Below, piece after piece: positions 11,448-24,805 of a stretch of 64,000 nucleotides of DNA. Source of the stretch: Octopus vulgaris (taxonomy: Eukaryota); the NCBI GenBank assembly GCA_951406725.2, contig OX597817.1, positions 141,112,001 to 141,176,000 on the forward strand, given 5' to 3'. The notes beneath the pieces are model-generated. The model was not told where the DNA came from. It did not search any database and worked only from the letters and a program-made list of their open reading frames with translations. A program made the translations under genes and the position numbers. Each line of letters opens with the position of its first letter. Within the stretch, counting starts at the first letter, position 1.

Positions 11448-13481
11448 ATATATTAGTTATGTATTATTTTGGTATGACCGTGTTGTGACCACCCTATATA
11501 TTTTTTCCTCTTTCTCACAGTTGTCACTAAATCTGGTCTCTTTTTTTTTTTTATGAAGATCTTTATAAAAATTTTGCACAGCCATTCATATACTAAAATC
11601 TTTTTATACAGTTTATGTAATCGATTATAATATAGATACTAAAATAAAACCATTTACACAACAGTTATGTAGTTATTTTAATTTTGTCGCTAATCTGATT
11701 ATTTTAGTTATTGCTGAAAGGTTTGTGTAATTTCTGCCCTAAGTGTAGTGCAGGGAGAAACGACCGACAGTGAACAAAATTGTTCCTATTCATATATTCA
11801 AATTTTTTTAAATAATATTCTTTTTTCTTTTTGAAGTTTGCAAATTTTGTCTTCGCACTTATCTCACTTTCTACACTTTCTTTGTTGTTATGTATAAAAA
11901 TAAATTCTCCCCCACCCCGCTTCGTGGCCGTTTCCCTTCTAAGGATTTTGAACTCGGAACTTTAAGAATGGAAACCACAGAATCCCGTTCGACCTTTCAA
12001 CAATTCCACTTGTCCTCCACTTAGCTTTATTTACACAACTTCGAAAAGATGGAAAGTAAACATTACTCTTACCGAGGAAAGCATTCTACCGCCAAGACTC
12101 TATCAAATCGACAAGGTTCGTAATATTCTTCTCGTTTATTCTATTCCCATTTTGACGTTTATATATATATATATATTTATATATACATACTACAAATTTG
12201 TGTTAGAGGTTAAAATACGGAGCTTTCTAAAAGCTCTGGGGTTTTTTTTAAGATGGCAACAAAATATTCGCATTTTGACATTTAAATTTATACTTTCTAG
12301 TCTCTTACTTGGTTCAGTCATTTGACTGCGGCCATGCTGGAGCACCGCCTTTAGTCGAGCAAATCGACCCCAGGACTTGGTTTTTGTAAGCTTAGTACTT
12401 ATTCTATCTGTCTCTTTTGCCGAACCGCTAAGCTACGGGGACGTAAACACACCAGCATCGGTTGTCAAGCGATGTCAGGGGGACATATGTATGTATGTAT
12501 ATATATATACGACAGGCTTCTTTCAGTTTCCGTCTACCAAATCTACTCACAAGGCTTTGGTTGACCCAAGGCTATAGTAGAAGACACACTTGCCCAAAGT
12601 GCAACGCAGTGGGACTGAACTCGAAACCATGTGGTTAAATCCGAGAAAGTTATTCGAAGTATTTATTTATAACCTTAGTGTTTTCGTTAAATATTTCTAA
12701 ATACAGTAAGAAGTGAATTTTCGGTTGAAGAGACGAATCTGTATTTTCTGTGTCATTTGAGTGATGACTTTTACTACTTAACTCTAAATCCATTAATGTA
12801 TAAATAAAGTTTATAATTCTACGAATACTAATTAAAAATCAAAAATTAGTATGCAGAAAGTTATAAAAAGGTGATTAAAACTAGTTTGCTAACAGTTAAT
12901 GTTAATATTTAAAATTAAAATAATTGTTTAATTTCTTTCTTTCGTTATAACCCTCAGAAACGTCAAAATTTCAATGTATTGAATCATATCATTGTTCGTT
13001 AATTTCCATAATAATGGGCTTGCGGGAACTTTTGAAGTAATGAGAGCGAAAGAGACTAAGAGAAAGCGATTGTATGACGAGGGAAGTTCTTTTGAAGTTA
13101 CTGTGCATGGGAGCATTGATGTACATGTGTGTGTGTTTGATGGGGTGTGGGAGACACAGTATGTTGTGTAAGTGAAGTGCTTCTGTTAGTGTGTGTGAAG
13201 GAGTAATGTGTGAAAGAAAGAGATAACTGAAATTTTGGTTAATATCTATTATGTCATATTCCTTCAATATACGATGCCTTACACCTGTTACACATATTTT
13301 TTTCCATTTTTGCCACCTGGGCGTGGATCCTCTACGGTTGATCCTGGGAATTTCCCGAGCCCCCCCCCCCCCGTTTGTCAGCGCGCTTTTTTCCCGTCTT
13401 ATTCCGTCAATATACGATGCCTTACAACTGTTACACATTTTCGTTTCCATTTTTCCCACCGGGTGCGGATCTAGATATTAA

Positions 13482-13514
<33 letters not shown>

Positions 13515-14349
13515 CGTGTAAGATATTGATGTCACACAAATGGCACCCATGCTGGTGGTACGTAGAAGCACCCATTACAGTCAGTGGTTGGTGTTCGGAA
13601 AGGCATCCAGCTATAAAAAACCCATGCCAAATCAGTCTGGAGTCTGGTGCAGCCTTCCAGCTTACCAGCCCTGGTCAAACTGTCCAACCCATACCAGCAT
13701 GGACAATGGATTTTAAATGATACACACTGCGAAAAGTAGATAAAATTTTTTTTTACTGAAATTAAGAAACAATGACTTTTCTGCTGGTGAAAACGAAGGA
13801 TAACCATTTTTTTTTTTTATTATTCTGTTTTGGAGATGCTGTGAATTAAAGTGCAGCTATTTAATGTAAAATTTCAGAGGGGGAAAACCGGATTTCAAAC
13901 ATCAAATGAGAATCCCATGCAGTTAAAAAACTTCCGTATTAGCTTCGTTTTAATTGACTTTCTGACGGTGACATCACAAGTGCCCATATTCCGTTGAATC
14001 CATCCAATTATAATTGCACTTCTCTCCAGATTTGCTACTAACTAAAGCACTACAATTAGTGTCCAAATATTTCCCAGGCCAGTTTATTATTCTTCTGGGG
14101 TCAGAAAAAAACTAAAATATTTCTCCATAGAACTTTTTACATTTTCTGACTGAAAATTATCAGAAAATATAAAATTAAAATTCAGAGACTATCATATCTG
14201 ACTTATTTGGACAAGTAAATTTTTAACTCTCTCCCGATTTTCGATACTGAAGGAAACCAGTGTTCTATCAGCTTTCTAAAAGTGTTGTGTGAATGACCAA
14301 CTTTTAGAAATACACATTCATTATGTAGCTTGTGTATTTTTTCAAGATT

Positions 14350-14735
14350 CTCTTTTACTTGTTTGTCATTTGACTGCGGCCATGCCGGAGCACCGCTTTT
14401 AGTCGAGCAAATCGACCCCAGGACTTATTCATTGTAAGCCTAGTACTTATTCTATCGGGCTCCTTTTACCGAACCGTTAAGTTACGGGGACGTAAACACA
14501 TCAGCATCGGTTGTCAAGCGATGTTGGGGTGACAAACACAGACGCGCAAATACACACACACACACACACACATAAATATATATACGACGGGCTTCTTTCA
14601 GTTTCCGTCTACCAAATCCACTCACAAGGCTTTGGTCCGCCCGAGGCTATAGTAGAAGGCACTTACCCAAGGTGCCACGCAGTGGGACTGAACCCGGAAC
14701 TATGTGGCTCGTAAGCAAGCAACTTACCACACAGC
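14350..14735 (-). mobile_element. CORE-type tRNA-derived SINE
   Basis: GGGTTCAGTCCC B-box, CCTTGGG(C/T)AAGT CORE-like motif and an internal (TG)n. Other copies at ~12300-12637, 49205-49955, 1035-1170 and 110-260. Confidence 0.75.
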
Positions 14736-14890
14736 CATTCGCAAACAAAATTTCAAATTTTTACAACCCATTCTTTTTTAGGCAATTAACCAATCATAAT
14801 GGTTTTCATTCAGATTGTCAAAACTTTCTCTGTGAATTCCGTTTATGCATTTGTTTTGCAAGATTCCTGTTGTGATATCGTTTGTTGAGG

Positions 14891-15197
14891 GTTATGTTTT
14901 GGGATGACTTTTTTTTTTATTGCTAAATACACACACTGTATATTCGTTTATTGTTATTATTCTTATTTTATGTCCGTTGTCTGGAAATCTCTCGTCACAC
15001 ACGTGTGACCTCTTCAACTTCCTATCCCATGTCGCCTATTGTTTACACACCATAGAAAGATGGAATGAACTAAACGGAACAGACGTGGGATGGAAAATCA
15101 CTGAAGAGGTCACAGGTGTGTTGACAAACAAGTGAAGAACGAATATATACTGCATGTGTTTGACTAAAAATAAAAAATGACCATCCCAAAATATAAC
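14891..15197. mobile_element. MITE with long imperfect TIRs (partial copy at ~59165-59320)
   Basis: gttatgttttgggatgact / gaccatcccaaaatataac termini, plus an inner inverted repeat gtgacctcttca / tgaagaggtcac. Confidence 0.65.
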
Positions 15198-15413
15198 AAT
15201 TTCTGTGAATTGTTTTAGACTTACATTACTATTGGAGGATGAAATCTCAAATATTTTCTAAAATTGAAGAAAATAGAACATGCTTCTCGGATCTGCTTAT
15301 TCCAAAACTTCAAATATTAATGTATATTTTAACTGTTTTAGAAATGGTCACACACAATTTCACATGCATCATTGTGGTGCATTCAAGATTTCTAAATATC
15401 TTGCCGTAGCTTC

Positions 15414-18400
15414 CAGAGGTGGGCACTATTAATTGAAAAGTTAACTTTGTTAATCATTAATCTGTTGACCAAAAAATTAACTTTCATTAATTGTTAATTC
15501 ATTAATTCTTTGAAAGTGTAATGGAAGTTAACATTGCCTTTTTATTGAAAAAGGCATAACTACAGTTTAATACTCTGCCAATTTTGCTGCCCCATAGATT
15601 CCAGAAAAATGGGTACTTTTGAACAAAACTTTCATCAAATAATTGCTTATATCCTGTGTTGGAAAAAATTTTCCAAGAGGTTGGGTAGAGGAGGTTTGGA
15701 AAATTCACTGGACCCAACATTTTCCTCATAACTTTTTGGAAAGTAGGTATTTGTAATGAAATTTTATACAAATACCTTTCAAATGGTGTAGATTATTTCA
15801 AAGAAATTTGTAGGCAAAATTTTTGGAAGGAGGCAGGGGAGTTTCGAATAAGACAGGTTGGAATTTCTGTTTTGATGGGGATGTTTTCCTATATTTTTCA
15901 CCAGTCTTCAGAATAATGGGTGTCACGAAAAAAAATTTCTTTTCACTCCCACCACCCCAGTCCAGAACGATTTTGGGTGTTTTTTTTTCTTTTTTTCACT
16001 ATGCACTTAAAACCCATGAGAAACATTTTCAGTTTAAAAGTGATTTCAGGGGAAAATGTGTGATTTAAGAGATCTGGCTGTCGTTTCTAGCACATCCCAA
16101 AACCTCCCTCTTTCTCACTCACACATCAATGGATATTTTTCTCCCCTGTAAACAAATTTTATGGAATGATGTCAACACACATGTAGTTCCAACCGAATGA
16201 GGCTATGTTATGATGTAAGAAAACACTTGAAAACAGCTTTAGTGTTCATATTAATCTGTCAAATGCTTATTTGTTCACGTTATTTTTACTCTGGTTCAAG
16301 AGGGCTGTCTACAATATTTGCTTGTAACTTTGTAAATTTTTTTACATACAGATTTGAAATTTTATCAGTGAGTACTTTATACACCATCATCATTTAACAT
16401 CTGTTTTCCATGCTAGCATGGGTTGGATGGTTCGACCTGGGTCTTGAAGCCATGGAGGCTGCACCAGGCTCCAGTCTGATTTGGCACTGTTTCTACAGAT
16501 GGATGCCCTTCCTAACGCCAACCACTCTGTGAGTGGAGTGGGTGTTTTTCACGTGCCACCAGCACGGGGGCCAGAGCAGGCGGTGCTGGCATCTGCCATG
16601 TTCGGACGGTGCTTTTTACGTGTCACTGGCAGGGGCGTCTTAACTACAATTTCCATTTGAATTTTTATTTTGATGTTGATGTACTTGACTCAATAGGTTT
16701 CCTCAAGAAACCACTGGTTTGTAAATTTTAGCTGATCTTGCTGAGCAAATTTGACCTTTAGGGGCAGGTAAAGTAAAAGCTATAACATAGATAAACACTA
16801 AAATTGAAATCCTTAATGCATCTTACCTGTTTGATTTGCTACTAAAATTATCCCAGATGGCAACTGACAAAAATTTTGCCACTTTTCAAGATGAGGTACA
16901 TTTTAAATTAAAATACAAGTATAAACAGCACAAAATTTTATTCTTTCGGTAAATATTTCATACCTCGGTGTGTAATAATTTTTCTTTCCAGTTTTTTTAC
17001 AGGTGCATTCAACATATCTGACCACCAAACCTGCTGCAGGCCACTTTTTTTTTTTTTTCAGAAAAGAAAGGTGGGAGGCATGGTAGGGACCTCAGTTTCC
17101 CACCAAGGGAGTTTTGTTTCACAGGCCTTTTCTCTTTTCTAGGTTCTTTTGCATGCTTTCAATGAATGCGACATCGAAATCATGCGTAAACAGTTCCTTT
17201 TTCCAGAAAAGGAAAACTTTGGCTGCTATTTCTAGCATGCCCTGCTACAACTTAACAGCTATTTGCATTCACATCAAAATATTGACCGAATTTTTTCCTT
17301 CCGTTTATTTTTTCACTTTATGGAAGTCAATATTTTCTGACACCAACCTCAGTTAATTTTGCTTTTCTCTCAGTTCTGTACTTTCTGTAAGAAAAGCCCT
17401 CACATTATCTCAAAGCTATGAGAACTCACGTGATTTATATTTCCAAGAGATTTCTTAGAGGAATTAGATACAATGGGTTTTGGCTGGTTTAAACACTAAA
17501 GGGTTAAGTGCCAAATCTATAAAATCAGCTTTTTTTGCACTTCTCCAGATATTTTTTTTCTTTTTTCAGTTAAAAAGGGCGGATTTCATAGTTTTGGCCC
17601 ATTTTTCTAAGGTTTTTAAAGGCTTTTAGAGCCAGAGAAGGGTAAAAAAATCAAATGAAACACAATGTTGATATTAAACTGAAAAGAATTTGATAAAGTG
17701 GCCATTAAAAAAATAAATGAAAAACACGATATATACATAATTTAGTTTTTCCTCTTCTCTGTTTTGTTGATGAGATCCATGTTGCCCTTCATGAAAATTA
17801 ACATATTAAAATTTTCATCAGACAAGGACGATCTCTTGGCACTCAAGATGTCCTTGCCCATGGAAAATAAACATTCAACCGCAGCACTGGAAGGGATGAC
17901 TGTGTTGAACTTGATGAACAAGTCTACCAGCACTTGCTCACTCAAGAAGGCAGCATCTGTCAGATCTTTGGAGTTGGTCTCCAACCAGGTCTTTACTAAA
18001 TTCTGGGCCTTGTCCTTCAGTGACTTGTGGCTTCTATCTTTTTGTTGGGTAACACACTGAAGAAGTCATCTTCCACCTCTTCATTGTTGCTACTCGCTTC
18101 CTCAGACTGCTGCCTCATGGCCTCCTCAACCTTATCCTCCATGCTTCTCCTCACCTTGGTGAACTTGGTACTATCATACCTATCCAACCAGGTGAGGTGA
18201 AACCTGGGGTGGAAGGCAGCAGCCAGCTGGCATTCCTCATTGTCCAGGAGGGTTGCAAATCTTCTGTTGCCGCCTCCCAAAACTGTGTCAACCAAGGGCC
18301 TACAGTAGATGAGTTATGGGTCAACGGACGTGAGTTAACAGAATTTAATTAGTATGATAATGATTTTCAAAGTCAACTTAAAAGTTAAATCGTTAACAAA

Positions 18401-18456
18401 AATTTTAACTTGGTTAATTAATGATGAATGGATTAACAGACTTACACCCAGTTCCA
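15414..18456 (-). mobile_element. Internally deleted hAT DNA transposon
   Basis: 8-bp TSD gtagcttc (15406-15413) / atagcttc (18457-18464). CAGAGGTGGGCA terminus with a degenerate partner, and GTTAA-rich subterminal repeats at both ends. Carries a nested RTE tail at ~16385-16705. Confidence 0.75.
17742..18295 (-). pseudogene. hAT transposase C-terminal fragment, frameshifted
   Basis: LAAAFHPRF and LFIKFNTVIPSSAAVECLFSMGKDILSAKRSSLSDENFNMLIF, the hAT dimerisation domain pattern, split over two frames. Confidence 0.9.
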
Positions 18457-18789
18457 ATAGCTTCAGTATGTAACACACTGGTTCAAAATTTGTGATTGCT
18501 TGCACATTATATTATCTCCTTTCAAGAATTGAGCAGTCCTTTATTGGAAGGATCTAACCTTACATGATAATCTCTTGTACTCCAACTGTTGGTCATCATC
18601 AACTACCACAGTTGGTTAAAGGAACTAATAAGTTTGTCAATCGTTTTGGTATTATTACATTCTAGGGATTTGTTAGGTTTTTTTGTTAGGGGAAAATGTG
18701 GAAATTCTTTGACCGGACTCGGATTTTAAAAGGTAATGACAATGGAGCAAAGGTGACCTGTGTTGGAGATAAGAAAATTCATCCAGTTG

Positions 18790-19596
18790 TGAATTATAAT
18801 TACCATCCGTGCTGGTGGCACATAAAAAACACCATTCGAGCAGGATCATTACCAGCATTGCCTTACTGGCACCTGCACTGGTGGCATGTGTAAAAGATTT
18901 GAGCAAGGTCGTTGCCAGTGCCGCCTGACTGGCACGTAAAAAGCACCCACTACAATGAGTGGTTGGTGTTAGGAAGGGCATCCAGCTGTAGAAACACTGC
19001 CAGATCAGACTGGAGCTTGGTGCAGCCTCCTGGTTTCCCAGACCCCAGTCGAACCATCCAACCCATGCTAGCATGGAAAATGGACGTTAAACGATGATGT
19101 GTAAACACACCCATGCCAGAGGCACGTAAAAAGCACCCAGTGCACTCTATAAAGTGGCTGGTGTTAGGAAGGGCATCTAGCCATAGAAACCATGTCACAA
19201 CAGACAATTGGAGTCTGGACAGCAGTTTGGCTGGCCAGCTTCTGTGAAACTGTCCAACCCATGCCAGCTTGGGAAACACATTGCATCGCCTTATTAGCAC
19301 TTGTGCTGGTGGCACGTGAAACATTCAAGCGAGGTCGTCGCCAGTGTCACTGGACTGGCTCCTGTGCAGGTGGCACGTAAAAAGCACCATTTTGGGTGTG
19401 GCCGTTGCCAGTACCACCAAACTGGCCCTCGTGCTGGTGGCAGGTAAAAGCACCCACTACACTCTCGAAGTGGTTGGCATTAGGAAGGGCATCCAGCTGT
19501 AGAAACTCTGCCAGATCAGATTGGAGTCTGTTTCGCCAGACCTCAGTTAAATCGTCCAACCCATGCTAGCATGGAAAGCGGACGTTAAATGATGAT
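18790..19596 (+). mobile_element. Three adjacent same-orientation RTE 3' tails
   Basis: GGTTGG(C/T)GTTAGGAAGGGCATCCAGC...CCAACCCATGC recurs at ~18960, ~19157 and ~19470. Confidence 0.8.
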
Positions 19597-20627
19597 CTTT
19601 GCAACTTTAAGTGACTGGAAATTTCAGTTTAGATTTTGTTTAGTAACTTATATAAATGTTGACTACATTGTACCTGTGTACCAGTATGACCTTTGAAGTG
19701 TATTGTATAACATAGTACATATTTCCATTGTATAATGATACAATGTCTCTTTTGTGTATCTATTACATAATGATTGTATTCCATTGCAAGATTTTTTTGC
19801 TGAATAATGTTCAGTATTTTTGACAGGCAGCCTAAACTGGTTGACATAAATCTTTTAGATTATGATCTTAGATGTTTGTTAAAGATTCTGTCTCTACTAT
19901 ACGCTGGCTTCTAACCATATACTTCTGGACAAATAACACCAACCAATTTTCTTTTTCACTGTTCAGATTCTGTATACACAAAAAATTTTTGTTTAGTATT
20001 TAGTAAGGGATGGAAGGGTGGCAGTGATCCTCCTTCCACCACAGTTAAAAATTTTTTTTTTTCAGGGTCTCAAAACAGGTAAGACAAAAAGAGAAATTTA
20101 TTCTCAAATTGGTGACCTGACCTAAATGTTTGTAACATGACGGGCTTTGCTAAAGACATCCAGGGACCAGCTGTTAATGTGGTGGTGGTGTGGGGATTAA
20201 TTTTCTGAAGAAATCTAGAGGCAAAGAGTTGGAACAAATACCATAATGTCTAGTTCTTTAACAGTTCCACCAATTCATTACTCTCGTATTTTTAGTGATC
20301 CCAGAACAGTAAAAAACAATGTTGCTCTAGATGGGATTTGAACCCTGTGTAAGCAGAACTGGTATAATGACTGATAACTATAGCACCAGAAATAAAATCT
20401 CAGTGAAGGAGAATGGCACTATATCAATGTCTGCAATAATATATTACAAAACCCACTATAAACTAAGAACTCCCTAGACAAATTTAACCCTCAACAACTA
20501 CAGTTTCAAAGAAGGGCTACTAAAATCCAAGAGACTTACGTGGTGTGTGTGTGTGTATGCTCAGGTCTTGACATCATGTGCTGGTTGTAAATAAGTATGA
20601 CAGTATGACTGTCATACAAGTAATGTT

Positions 20628-22575
20628 TCATCATCATTTAACATCTGTTTTCCATGCTGGCATGGGTTGGATAGTTTGACAGGAGCTGGCAAGGCTGGAG
20701 AGCTGCCCAGGTTCGCAGTTGTCTGTTTTGGCATGGTTTCTACAGCTGGATGCCCTTCCTGACACTAACACTTTGAAAGTGTATTGGGTGTTTTATGTGG
20801 CACCAGCACAAGTCTTTTTACACGACACTGGCACGAGTGCCTTTACGTGGCTTTGGTATGAGTGCTTTTTACCTGACATCAGCACCCATGAGCCCTCAAG
20901 ACAAGGAACTCTTGGTTCCGACTGGGACACAAAGAACCTGCCTGTATAGCCAGTTTTACTTAGCTTGATGTATCTTCTCAAGCAGAACAAACTGCCAGAA
21001 GCTTCAATCTTTCGTCATCTCCCATTAGAGACTCAACATCTGTAGATCATTTCTCACCACTTTGTACATGTCTTCCTAAGTCTACTACTTCCATAGCTTC
21101 CCTCTACAATTGGACATGATCACTTCTTTATGCAGCTATCCTCATCCATATACGCATCACAAGACCATTACAGTCTTCTCTCTGGCACACTACAACTGAT
21201 ACCTCTTATACCAAATTTTTCTCTTAAATCCGAAATCAAAATCGGTGACTGGCATCTGTTGCTAGTGGAGCGCTAAGAGTACCATATGAGTGAGATTGTT
21301 GCTAGAGCAACAAGTTGGCCTTCGTGCTGATGGCACATTAAGCACACCATTCGAGCGTGATCGTTACTGCGTAATCTTACTTGTGCTGGTGGCATGTGAA
21401 ATATTCGAGCGAGGTCGTCACCAGTGTCGCTGGACTGGCTCCTGTACAGGTGGCACATAAAAAGCACCATTTGGGCATGGCCATTGCCAGAGTACCACCA
21501 AACTGGCCCTCATGCCGGTGGCATGTAAAAGTACCCACTACACTCTCGGAGTGGTTGGCGTTAGGAAGGGCATCCAGCTGTAGAAACTGCCACATCAGAT
21601 TGGAGTCTGGTTTTCCAGACCTCAGTCAAATCGTCCAACCCATGCTAGCATGGAAAGCGAATGTTAAATGATGATGATGTACATGCATACTGACATTACC
21701 CATCCAGTGGAGTATGATGGCTTCATTTTTTTTCAAGCCATCGCAAGTCCACTGTAGTCGCAGCCCATGTTTTACTGCCATATAACATAGCTGTACATAT
21801 ACAGGCATCATACAATCTTCCTTTCCTGCTGAAGGAGAGGCCCTTGCTTACCAACAAAGGTAGATAGTCTCTAAAATTTGCCCAGCTTGTTCTTATTCTA
21901 GCAGCTACATTTTCAGAACTTCCTTCTCCACTGCTAACTTGGTTGCCTAGGTAACAGAAGCTATTTACTACTTCTAAGATCCCACTGAACATTTGAGGAA
22001 GTTTATTCTCTGTACATTTTTAGTGTTTATTGTACCTGCACATCTGCCATGCACAAATTGCTTTCTCTGTTAACCATCATGTGATCCTACTGCACCTCTT
22101 ATGTGTCCAAAGCTTGCACTGGGTGCACTGAATAGAGTTTCTACCATCACCTTCCCTCAAGTACGGTCATCTTCCTGAAGGGATTTGAGATTTGCTTGTT
22201 TTCTTACTTACTAGGACATTGATTTTTACTAAACCAACTCGGAGGCCCTTAGAGTCTAGACCTTGTTTCAACACTTGAAATTTCTCTCTAGTTCAGGTAA
22301 TGATTCAGCTATAAGAACAAGGCCATCAGCATAGGTGAGCTCCCAGGGGTAGCCAGTATTAAATTCCTCCGTTGTGGCCTGGTGGACTATAGTAAGCAAG
22401 ATGGGGCTGAGAACTGATCCTTGGTCAACTGCGACCTGTACACTAAATTCCTTGTTATACTCATTGCTGACTTACCCTTTACTGACAGCATCCCTGTACA
22501 TAGCTTGTATAGCTCTCATCAACCACTCATCTATCCCTAGCTTCCACATTGACCACCGGATAAGGAAACAGGGGA
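20628..22575 (-). mobile_element. Decayed RTE LINE with an opposite-strand RTE tail inserted at ~21225-21680
   Basis: FCYLGNQVSSG, KGRLYDACICTAMLYGSKTW and a YAD motif at ~22325. Confidence 0.85.
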
Positions 22576-23755
22576 CCCTTTCTCCAGCCATGGGGAAATA
22601 TTACTTTGCTTGGAAACAGGTGAGGGTTGATAACAGAAAGTGTGTCCAGCAGTAGAAAAATCTATCTCAACAGATTCCCTCCAACCCATGCAAACATGGA
22701 AAAGAGAATGTTAAATGATAATGATGACGATGGTTGATTGTATTAACTAGAGCTGATGTAACTCCATGAAAGAGAAAAGTCATCATACGGTTATTAACTA
22801 AGCCACAGACAGATATGTGGCACCAGTCTGAAAATCTCATCCTGCCAATCCATCATTAAATTTCCTTTAATTTATGCTTTCCCAGAAAACAGGCATTAAT
22901 GAATTAAACAGTTTTCACCATAGCAACAATGCCTGCTAATTGCTTGTGTGAAGCATGAACAGGATATATTGTATTTCATGAGAAGCAGTTTATTGGAAAT
23001 TATGAGAGACAGAAGGAAAGGGAGAGACAAAGAGCTACAGAGAGTGAGGAGAAGGAAAGTAAAGATTGCAGGTTCAAGTCCTACCTATGTAAATATGAGA
23101 CCATATACGTGGTTGCTTGGCTTGCTAGAAATAGTTGCCAAATCTCTTATAACCCTTTTGATACCAACTACCTGACATTGCCACCTCTATTCCATTTAAA
23201 CATCTTCCTTCACAATCTTATGAAATTTCCCCTCTGTCCCCTTACCCAGTTCAATCTTCTGTATCACTTTCCCTTATATTCACCTCACTACTGTGCCTTG
23301 AGGGTACCTCCTGACGCATATCCATCACCACTCTCTCCATCTCTATCGTTTTCTGTTTCCTTCTCCCTTCTACTCCAACTAGAATATCCTTGTATTTTCT
23401 ATACAAGACGCCTATCTCCAACCCTCTCTTATTCTTTCAACCTCATCAACTGGTACAAAGCTACCTCCTTCAATACAATCCCCTCATTTGAGGGGTCATT
23501 GTCTTACAAGATATTTGGTGACCCCCTGCCAGTGCTGGTGCCATGAAAAGAAACAGTACACTTTGTAGAAATGTTGGTGTTATGAAGAGCATCTAGCCAT
23601 ACAAGACAAACAAAAGTACTTGCTATCACCCCCTGGTTTGTCAACTCCTGTCAGACTGTCCAACCCAGACCAGTAAGGAGGATGGATGTGAAATGAGGAT
23701 GGTAACAAAAAGCTAAAATGACACTCATATTCACTTGCCTTCGCCAGGGTACAGC

Positions 23756-24181
23756 TGAAGGAATCTAACAGGATCTAGATTCGGTATCACTGGAGGGGTG
23801 TCAGATCTGATCCCGTCACAGTCAATTTTAGTTAAAATAACAGACAAGTCAGGCGATCTACGAACACAGCAAAAAATGTTGTTTATTTCTCGTCGTAATG
23901 TAGAACTGGTGTACGTGTTCTCTGGAGGGAAACCGACGGCCGAATCTGTAGTACTGATTCTTGTTTGTTAGTCGAAATGATTCATCGGGGTTCGCTGCTT
24001 GGTTGGTATGAAGTCCTCAGAGACTGCTAGTATACATCCGTTTTCGAGTGCTGCTAGGGCCAGAAAGGCAGAATGAGCAAACCGTGTTTTAGGGGTCAGT
24101 TTCCCACACATGCGCATGGGGAAGACTTCCGGTGTCCAACCGGAAGTAATCCCATTCTGCGCATGTGCGCTGAACCTTACA
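23756..24181 (-). mobile_element. Solo LTR, Gypsy-like
   Basis: TG...CA termini (TGAAGG ... CCTTACA), 4-bp TSD cagc on both sides, AATAAA on - near 23885, CpG retained. Confidence 0.65.
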
Positions 24182-24212
24182 CAGCAGCATCACTACAAAT
24201 CATTCTCTTGGC

Positions 24213-24805
24213 TCATCATCATCGTTTAACGTCTGTTTTCCATGCAAGCATGGGTTGAATGGTTCGACCGGGGTCTGGGAAGCCAGGAGGCTGCACCAGG
24301 CTCCAGTCTGATCTGGCAGTGTTTCTACAGCTGGATGCCCTTCCTAACGCCAACCACTCCATGAGTGTAGTGGGTGCTTTTTACGTGCCACTGGCACAGG
24401 TGCCAGGTGGGGCAGGCAACAGCCACGATCGGTTGGTGCTTTTTACGTGCCACCGGCACCGAAGCCAGTCAAGGCGGAGCCAGCATCGGCCACGTTTGGA
24501 TGGTGCTTTATACATGCCACCGGCACAGGTACCAGGGGAGGCTGGCAACGGCCACGATCATTTGGTGGTTTTTACGTGCCACCGACACGGAAGCCAGTCA
24601 AGGCGGCGCTGGCATCAGTCACGTTTGGATGGTACTTTTTACGTGCCACTGTCACAGGTGTCAGGTGAGGCTGGCAACAGCCACGATTGGTTGGTGCTTT
24701 TTACGTGCCACCAACACGGAAGCCAGTCAAGGCGGCGCTGGCATCGGCCACGTTAGGATGGTGCGTTTTACGTGCCACCAGCACAGGGATCACAACTACA
24801 ATTTC
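24213..24805 (-). mobile_element. RTE 3' UTR copy with a 7-module hairpin array
   Basis: Common tail plus GGTGCTTTTTACGTGCCACCGGCAC-like repeats at 24373, 24435, 24502, 24564, 24631, 24693 and 24760. Confidence 0.9.

Noticed and set aside
19629-19930. Host-gene exon
   Set aside because: GCLSKILNI resembles the CLRKIL motif of LINE ORF2 C-termini; likely an old LINE remnant.
24373-24785. CRISPR array
   Set aside because: Spacers alternate between two related sequences, the array is part of a LINE 3' UTR, there are no cas genes, and the context is eukaryotic.
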